DNA of 64,000 bases from Dehalococcoidia bacterium. GTDB taxonomy: Bacteria; Chloroflexota; Dehalococcoidia; Lucifugimonadales; CBDFII01. Made by a program: the position numbers and the translations under genes. The stretch's first letter is position 1. Every line of letters begins with the position of its first letter. The notes under the pieces were generated by a model, which saw nothing but the letters and a program-made list of their open reading frames with translations, did no database searches and was not told where the DNA came from. Shown one piece after another: positions 57,963 through 64,000 of the stretch. Location of the stretch: positions 154,551-218,550 of the forward strand of contig CBDFII010000005.1 in assembly GCA_965248115.1 (NCBI GenBank), in the 5' to 3' direction.

Positions 57963-58575
57963 ATGGCAACCGATTCCACTTACCCTGTCTCAGTCGAAGG
58001 AGAGCTGGATCCCGCACTGGGCCGGTGGCTCTGGCTGGTCAAGTGGCTCCTGGTCATTCCGCACCTGATCATCCTGCTTTTTCTCTGGGTTGCCTTCGTC
58101 GTTTTGACCGTGGTAGCCCTGTTCGCTATCATTTTCAAGGGCAAGTATCCCAGGGGGATCTTTGACTTCAATGTGGGCGTGCTGAGGTGGACCTGGCGAG
58201 TTGGCTACTACAGTTTCAGCGCTTTTGCCACCGACCGATACCCGCCCTTTAGCCTCTACAGCAGAGACTACCCGGCGAATCTGGAAGTCGAGTACCCCGA
58301 GCGGCTTTCACGAGGTCTGGTGCTGATCAAGTGGTGGCTCCTGGCCATTCCGCACTACCTGGGTGGTCAGCCTTCTTGAAGGGGGCGGAGGTGAGCCTGT
58401 ACCTGGTCTGGTCACCCTGCTGGCCCTGTTCGGGGCCGTAGGGCTGCTTTTCAATAGGCGGTACCCCAGGGACATTTTCGAGCTTGTGATGGGATTCAAT
58501 AGATGGAATCTCAGAGTTGTGGCGTACGCTGCTCTAATGACCGACGAATACCCGCCGTTCCGGCTCGCGCCGTAG
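57963..58575 (+). pseudogene. DUF4389-like membrane protein (two repeats), split between the repeats
   Basis: The repeats are ...KWLLVIPHLIIL...KGKYPRGIFDF..G.LRW..RV.YY....TD.YPPF and ...LLAIPHYL / ...NRRYPRDIFELVMGFNRWNLRVVAYAALMTDEYPPF. Removing one G of GGG 58361-58363 joins the frames. Confidence 0.65.
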
Positions 58576-58820
58576 TGCGGCAAGGGCCAAATCGAACCAC
58601 ATGGCAGTACATAGCCAGCACGTTCAGTTGGAGATGCAACACAGACCCCAGGACGTAACGTCGTTCCAAAGATTATGTGCATTGTTCCCAGTGCTCCACT
58701 TCTGTAACGTGCTATACGGTTAGTGAGAGCCTCAGCTCAAATGGGGGCAGATTTTTCCGTATTGTCCACGAGGGTCCAGCCGACGAGATTCGAACACTTC
58801 AGCCGCCTAGAAATAATGCA

Positions 58821-58842
58821 GAGCATGTCTTTCGACAAGCTC
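58821..58842 (-). terminator. Possible terminator hairpin downstream of ORF 58921..59340
   Basis: On the minus strand, GAGCTTGTC-GAAA-GACATGCTC forms a 9-bp stem with one U.U mismatch and a GNRA loop, followed by TGCATTATTTCT. Confidence 0.3.
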
Positions 58843-58920
58843 TCCAAGCGGAACAAGGAGGCATCGCGCCCCGGTGGCGGGCGCGTCTATGCTGACATAG
58901 GGAAATTACGCCGCACTACC

Positions 58921-59340
58921 TTACTGCACCTTCTGTTGCCCCTGGTCGCCGCTTTTCGCCCTCTTTTTGTAGAAGAGATGGAGAAGGTTCCTGCGGTGGG
59001 CCCAGTTGTGGGCCCGCTTTAACACAGGGATGGGTATTTCTTGCCCCTTGTTGGTTATCTTTACCGTCTCATAGCTCTGCCCTACCGGTGTAGGCCCTGC
59101 GGCAATGTGCAGAACCTCGCAGCCCTGGGATGTCAGGAACAGCTTTAGGGCCTCATAGCCCCTAATCTTGCTATTAGGGTGTCTGTAAATGGAGAACTCG
59201 GAGCTGCCTATCAGGTCTTCAAAGTGCTCGCTGGCCCCACCGCCAGCACCCTCTCGTATCTCCCTTCGGGTGAATCCGTACTTTTTTACATCCATATCAT
59301 GCTCCAAGTGCTCAACCTCATGGTTCGACATGCTCGCCAT
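58921..59340 (-). CDS. Hypothetical 139-aa protein
   Basis: This is an isolated ORF with coding-like composition. I recognise no family. Confidence 0.45.
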   Translation of the reverse strand: MASMSNHEVEHLEHDMDVKKYGFTRREIREGAGGGASEHFEDLIGSSEFSIYRHPNSKIRGYEALKLFLTSQGCEVLHIAAGPTPVGQSYETVKITNKGQEIPIPVLKRAHNWAHRRNLLHLFYKKRAKSGDQGQQKVQ

Positions 59341-59413
59341 GAGCGTAGTATCAATTCACCGCTGACGTCGAGACATGCCTAAAGGTGAACAGCCCTTTTT
59401 AACGAAATGCATC

Positions 59414-62314
59414 TTACTTGAGGGCATCTTGTAGCACCTCCACTAGGTGGAGGGCCTTTTTGCCCGTGCCATGCTCTATCTGCTCGCGGCAGGAAACACC
59501 CATCACAGCTACCTCCCAGGCTCCATCCTTAGCCTCCACCGCTGGGAAGAGGCGCTGCTCCCCGATGGCCATAGATACGTCGTAGTGCTCCCGCTCGTAG
59601 CCGAAGGCTCCCGCCATGCCGCAACAACCTGCATCCACCTCCTCCACCTCAAAGCCGGGGGGCAGCCTCAGCACCTCCAAGGCGTGTCTCGTGCCCACCA
59701 GGGCCTTCTGGTGGCAGTGGCCATGGAAGAGCACTTTTTTGGCAATCCCGCTCCATTCCAAGTCCAGCTCGCCCCTGTGGTGGAGTCTGGCAAGGAACTC
59801 GTCTATCAAGTAGCTATTGGCCGCCACGTTTCTGGCTTTGTCGTCCCCTAGAAGGTCGGGGTATTCGTCGCGCAGGGTGAGGAGACAGCTAGGTTCACAC
59901 CCTACGATGGGGAATCCCTGCTCAACATAGGGGTAGAGAAGGTCCACGTTGTATCGGGCATGCTCTTTGGCCCTCTCAAGAAGGCCCTTGGATATCATAG
60001 GCCGAGCACAGCATTTGGCATTGGCCAGCACCACTTCAAATCCAGCCCTTTCCAGAAGCTCAACAGCGGCAGTGCCCACCGAGGGATAGTTGTAGTTCAT
60101 GAAAGTATCGTTGAAGAGCACCACCGTTCCTTTAGGAGTGGACCTGGTCTTCTTGCGACGGCTAAACCGGGAGGGGAACGGTACACGCTCCAGGAGGGGC
60201 AACTTTCGCTTCCTATGGATGCCCAGAAAATGGTGGAGCATGAACCTGACGAGAGGGTTCCGCACACTCCAGTTGGCGAGAGGTGCTATATGGCAGCCCA
60301 ACCTGCTCAGTGGGTTAATGTGCGCGAAGATTCGGGCTCGGAGAGGCACGCCATGAGCCTGGTGGAAACGCTCCAGGAACTCGTACTTCAGCTTGGCCAT
60401 GTCCACTCCGGAGGGGCACTCCGACTTGCAGGCCTTGCACTCCAGGCAGAGGTCCAGGGCCTGATATAGGCGGCTGCTGGTCATGGCGTGATGAGGCAGA
60501 GTCCCCGAAAGAACAGCCCGCAAGAGGTTGGCCCGGCCGCGGGTAGAGTGCTCCTCCTCCCTGGTGACCAAGCAGGAGGGCACCATGTGTCCCTCCTGCT
60601 TGGGACATGCTCCCAAACCATTACACATCTCCACGGCGCCGTCGTAGCCGTGGTCGGTGGTGAAGTCCAAGTAAGTGTCCAGTGAAGGGGTGCGGTAGTT
60701 AGGGCCGTAGCGAAGGTTTTCGGTCAATGGGGGGCAGTCGATGATCTTGCCCGGATTCATGATGCCCTTAGGGTCGAAGGCCTTCTTCACATCTCTAAAG
60801 GCCTGGTAGAGCTTGGTGCCAAACATCTTCTCCGTCCACACTCCCCTCACTATGCCGTCTCCATGCTCGCCGCTGAGGGAGCCGCCGAACTCTGCCACCA
60901 AGTCAGCAATTTCTGAGGCAATGGCTACCATCCTGTCGATGCCATCGCTACCCTTGAGATTCACCAAAGGACGGATGTGGAGGCAGCCTACGCTGGCGTG
61001 GCCGTAGTAGGCCGCATGGGTGCCGTGGTTCCGAACGATCTCGTCAAAGCGCTTCACGTATGCTGCCAGTTGGGAGGGGTCTACCGCTGTATCTTCCACA
61101 AAAGGAATGGGTTTGGCGTCGCCACGTATGCTCATCGCCAGACCCAGAGCGGCCTTTCGCACCGCCCATACGTTGTCCTGAGCCTGCGGGTCCGTTAGAG
61201 TCACGCAGTGGTACCCCAGGCCTTTTCTCTCCATGTCGGCCTTTAGGGACCTTATTCTACTCTCCACCTCCTCTTCCGACTCGCCGTACACCTCCACCAG
61301 AAGCAGGGCGCCTGGGTCGCCCTCCAGAAAGGTCATGCGGGAAGCGAAGCCTAAGGAGCTTCGGCATCGGTCTAGAAGCATCTTGTCCACCAGTTCCACC
61401 GCTGTCGGGTCGTGTTTCAGCACTTCCCAGGTAGCCTCGCAGGCCTCAACCAGGTGGCGGAAGTGAAGGACAGCAAGGCCCTTGAAACTGGCTCGGGGAA
61501 CCAGATTAACCTTGGCTTCAGTAACAACGCATAACGTACCCTCGGAGCCCACCACCATGCGGGCCAGATTAAAGGGCCCTTCAGTAACAAACTCGTCCAG
61601 GTTGTAGCCGCTGACCCGACGCATGATCTTGGGATAGCGTCGCTCTATTTCATCCCGATGCTCCCTCGAGACGCATCTCACCTGCCGGTATATCTCTGAC
61701 TCCAAGGTGTCGGCGGCCAGCTTGACCTCTAGCTCCCGGTCGGCCAAGGGACCGAAGTGGGCCTGGCTGGCGTCGGACAGAACCGCATCCAGCTCCAGCA
61801 CATGGTCGAGAGTTTTACCATAGATGACCGAGTGTGAGCCACAGCTGTTGTTGCCAATGGACCCTCCGACACAAGATCGGTTGGAGGTGGTGGGATCAGG
61901 AGCGTATTGGAGGCCGTATGAAGCCAAGCTCTTATTGAGCTGGTCCAGCACCATCCCCGGCTCCACTCTTGCCCAGCGCTCCTCGGGGTTCACCTCCAGC
62001 AGGCGATCCATGTACTTGCTAAAGTCGATGACGATGGCGTGGTTGACCACCTGACCAGCTAGGCTGGTACCACCGCAGCGGGGGAGCACGGGGACACCGT
62101 GTCGAGCGGCCATCTCCACCACCGCCACTACGTCATCCCTGTCCCTGGGGATAACCACTCCCACAGGCTCCATCTGGTAGATGCTGGCATCGGTGCTGTA
62201 GAGAGCCTTGGAAAAATCGTCGAAGCGCACCTCTCCGCGCACCACTTTCCCCAGCTCATGGGCTAATTCTTCGCTCTCCCTAACGACGCTTCTGATGCCT
62301 GCTGCCGTAGCCAT
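59414..62314 (-). CDS. FAD-binding (GlcD/D-lactate dehydrogenase-like) and Fe-S/CCG-domain fusion oxidoreductase (YdiJ-like architecture)
   Basis: The N-terminus is an FAD-PCMH domain (PRCGGTSLAGQ). A central 4Fe-4S motif CLECKACKSECP is present. C-terminal Cys-rich CCG-like repeats (CCGMAG) follow. The ORF is 966 aa. Confidence 0.9.
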   Translation of the reverse strand: MATAAGIRSVVRESEELAHELGKVVRGEVRFDDFSKALYSTDASIYQMEPVGVVIPRDRDDVVAVVEMAARHGVPVLPRCGGTSLAGQVVNHAIVIDFSKYMDRLLEVNPEERWARVEPGMVLDQLNKSLASYGLQYAPDPTTSNRSCVGGSIGNNSCGSHSVIYGKTLDHVLELDAVLSDASQAHFGPLADRELEVKLAADTLESEIYRQVRCVSREHRDEIERRYPKIMRRVSGYNLDEFVTEGPFNLARMVVGSEGTLCVVTEAKVNLVPRASFKGLAVLHFRHLVEACEATWEVLKHDPTAVELVDKMLLDRCRSSLGFASRMTFLEGDPGALLLVEVYGESEEEVESRIRSLKADMERKGLGYHCVTLTDPQAQDNVWAVRKAALGLAMSIRGDAKPIPFVEDTAVDPSQLAAYVKRFDEIVRNHGTHAAYYGHASVGCLHIRPLVNLKGSDGIDRMVAIASEIADLVAEFGGSLSGEHGDGIVRGVWTEKMFGTKLYQAFRDVKKAFDPKGIMNPGKIIDCPPLTENLRYGPNYRTPSLDTYLDFTTDHGYDGAVEMCNGLGACPKQEGHMVPSCLVTREEEHSTRGRANLLRAVLSGTLPHHAMTSSRLYQALDLCLECKACKSECPSGVDMAKLKYEFLERFHQAHGVPLRARIFAHINPLSRLGCHIAPLANWSVRNPLVRFMLHHFLGIHRKRKLPLLERVPFPSRFSRRKKTRSTPKGTVVLFNDTFMNYNYPSVGTAAVELLERAGFEVVLANAKCCARPMISKGLLERAKEHARYNVDLLYPYVEQGFPIVGCEPSCLLTLRDEYPDLLGDDKARNVAANSYLIDEFLARLHHRGELDLEWSGIAKKVLFHGHCHQKALVGTRHALEVLRLPPGFEVEEVDAGCCGMAGAFGYEREHYDVSMAIGEQRLFPAVEAKDGAWEVAVMGVSCREQIEHGTGKKALHLVEVLQDALK

Positions 62315-62449
62315 TTACCTGTCCAAATCCTCCATCGCAGAGGCTACTTTAACCTATAAAGAGCGACGGATTCAACAAAGCTGTCCTTTGGACACACCCC
62401 AGAGCATTGATGTGCATCCAACACATCACCATGGTATCCTAAAAAGGCT

Positions 62450-62968
62450 ATGATTAAGGAAGCCAAGTTCTGCCCCCAATGTGCTGCGTCCCTGCATATA
62501 AAAGAGGTGGATGGTAGGAAGCGACCAATATGCACCCACTGCGGCCACATTGTCTACTACGACCCCAAGCTAGCGGCCATCTTGGTGATACATCGGGACG
62601 GCCAAGTTCTAATGGTTCGCCACGCCTTGGAGCCAGGCCGATGGAGATGGAGTCTGCCAGGGGGATACGTGGACCAAGGCGAGGTGGTAGAGGGAGCGGC
62701 GATGCGAGAGGCACTGGAGGAGACAGGGTTGGAGGTGAAAATTACCGGTTTAGTCGGTCTCTTCTCCGAGCCAGGACACCCAGTAGTAGTAGCAGTATTC
62801 GACAGCCAAACGATGGGGGGTGAGTTGGCCCCTGGGCCAGAGGTGTTAGACGTAGGCTTCTTCTCCCTAGACAGCTTACCCCCGCTGGCCTTTCCCCGGG
62901 ACAGCCAGATCCTAGAGAGATGGCAAAGGTCGAAAAGCGAGTTGGGCCAGGACGTTAAACCCCTGTAA
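62450..62968 (+). CDS. NUDIX hydrolase with an N-terminal zinc ribbon
   Basis: The zinc ribbon is CPQCAASL...CTHCGH. The Nudix box is GGYVDQGEVVEGAAMREALEETGL. Confidence 0.85.
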   Translation: MIKEAKFCPQCAASLHIKEVDGRKRPICTHCGHIVYYDPKLAAILVIHRDGQVLMVRHALEPGRWRWSLPGGYVDQGEVVEGAAMREALEETGLEVKITGLVGLFSEPGHPVVVAVFDSQTMGGELAPGPEVLDVGFFSLDSLPPLAFPRDSQILERWQRSKSELGQDVKPL

Positions 62969-63072
62969 ATTACCTTACTTGAGTAGTGGCCTCCCTCGTG
63001 GGAAGCTCCCAAGTCACCTACTCTCCACATCTGTTTTCAATTGAACTTTTCGGTAATGTGCTGGAGGGGAAA

Positions 63073-63969
63073 ATGGCTCCCCAAATCGGCTTTATCGGAC
63101 TGGGCATTATGGGTAAGCCTATGGCCAGAAATCTGCTCAAGGCCGGCTATCCCCTCACGGTCCACAGCCGGAGTCCGGGGCCGGTAGAGGAGCTGCTCAG
63201 CGATGGGGCCACCATGGCCTCCTCTTCCAGAGAGGTAGCCGAGAGGACTGAGATAATTATCACCATGCTGCCCGACTCCGCTGACTCGGAGCTGGTGATA
63301 CTAGGTACAGATGGGGTCTTGAACGGGACCCGCCCCGGATCCGTCATCATCGACATGAGCTCTATAGCCCCCTTGGTGTCTATGAGGATAGCCGCCGAGG
63401 CTGCCCAGAATGGGGTGGAGATGCTGGACGCTCCCGTAAGCGGGGGAGAGACCGCAGCCATTGCTGGCACTCTCGCCATCATGGTAGGGGGCAAGAGAGA
63501 GGTCTTCGACCGGTGCCAGGACGTCCTTAAGGCGATGGGCAAGAGCGTGGTGTTGGTGGGAGACCTCGGTGCCGGGGGTATAACCAAGCTAGCCAATCAG
63601 ATCATCGTGGCGGCCAACATAGAGGCCATCGGTGAAGCCTTTGTGCTGGCTCAAAAGGCGGGAATGGACCCAGAGCTAGTGTACCAAGCTATTCGGAGTG
63701 GTCTGGCCGGAAGCAACGCCCTGGAGGCCAAGATTCCTATGATCACGGATCGCAACTTTAAGCCTGGCTTTCGCATCCGGCTGCACCAGAAGGACCTGCA
63801 CAACGCCCTTCTTACGGGCAAAGAGTTGGGGGTGCCACTACCTGTCACCAGCCTGGTGCAGCAGATGCTAGGGGCCCTAATCAACGAAGGCAAAGGGGAC
63901 AGCGACCACTCGGCAATCGTCACCTTCATCGAAAACCTGGCAAAGACAGAAGTTAGGAGAGGTAGCTAA
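63073..63969 (+). CDS. 2-hydroxy-3-oxopropionate reductase / 3-hydroxyisobutyrate dehydrogenase-family oxidoreductase
   Basis: An RBS (GGAGGGG) precedes the start. The sequence begins MAPQIGFIGLGIMGKPMARNL. The track ORF begins at 62986. Confidence 0.85.
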   Translation: MAPQIGFIGLGIMGKPMARNLLKAGYPLTVHSRSPGPVEELLSDGATMASSSREVAERTEIIITMLPDSADSELVILGTDGVLNGTRPGSVIIDMSSIAPLVSMRIAAEAAQNGVEMLDAPVSGGETAAIAGTLAIMVGGKREVFDRCQDVLKAMGKSVVLVGDLGAGGITKLANQIIVAANIEAIGEAFVLAQKAGMDPELVYQAIRSGLAGSNALEAKIPMITDRNFKPGFRIRLHQKDLHNALLTGKELGVPLPVTSLVQQMLGALINEGKGDSDHSAIVTFIENLAKTEVRRGS

Positions 63970-64000
63970 GGCCTCTTTTACTTGTATGGCTATAGCGGGA

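Noticed and set aside
58760-58800. A TTCGAA T-loop-like motif (GACGAGATTCGAACAC), and another at 58590-58610 (AAATCGAACCAC), which suggested a tRNA, tRNA-Sec or tmRNA.
   Set aside because: I could not fold a T-stem, acceptor stem or anticodon arm on either strand. There is no TCA anticodon loop with a long variable arm, and no tmRNA-like 5' GGGG...TTCGAC or 3' CCACCA end.

Overview
The window is a 64-kb bacterial chromosomal segment. GC looks about 55-60% by eye (not computed). Gene content suggests a Chloroflexota-like organism; this is an inference from the class V FBP aldolase/phosphatase, the fused transaldolase-PGI, the cytoplasmic RdhA/QueG-like paralogues, a PT-linker lipoprotein and strong GGAGG ribosome-binding sites (RBS). 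Most of the window is core metabolism. It includes dinB (partial, running off the 5' edge), pyrF, an acyl-CoA mutase large subunit, fbp, rdgB and moaA. It also holds a 13.4-kb translationally coupled pentose-phosphate operon (tkt-rpiB-tal/pgi-...-gnd-zwf-pgl-GH15) and many oxidoreductases. There is one tRNA (Met, CAT). I saw no rRNA and no CRISPR array. The accessory material is a lower-GC stretch 3' of the tRNA. It contains a complete IS256-family element (1370 bp, 9-bp target duplication) that splits a small membrane-protein gene. A separate low-GC alcohol-dehydrogenase gene lies near 57 kb. The most interesting signal is a two-gene module present twice (30026-31703 on + and 49562-51182 on -). 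Each copy has a ~190-aa ORF interrupted only by an in-frame TGA at the same alignment column (GD-U-G-A/S-C). The coding sequence stays conserved after the TGA, and a matching hairpin with a GUG loop sits 19 nt downstream. Each such ORF is tightly linked to a paralogous ~350-aa protein that I cannot assign to a family. I read this as a candidate selenoprotein-containing enzyme system. Other notable items are an RNase HI-MoaC fusion, an SfsA-endonuclease III fusion, tandem RdhA/QueG-like Fe-S paralogues, and a Cheo-type LexA box abutting the dinB start codon. Six same-strand overlapping ORF pairs can each be rejoined by a 1-nt change at a G/C homopolymer, which probably reflects assembly indel errors rather than real pseudogenes.
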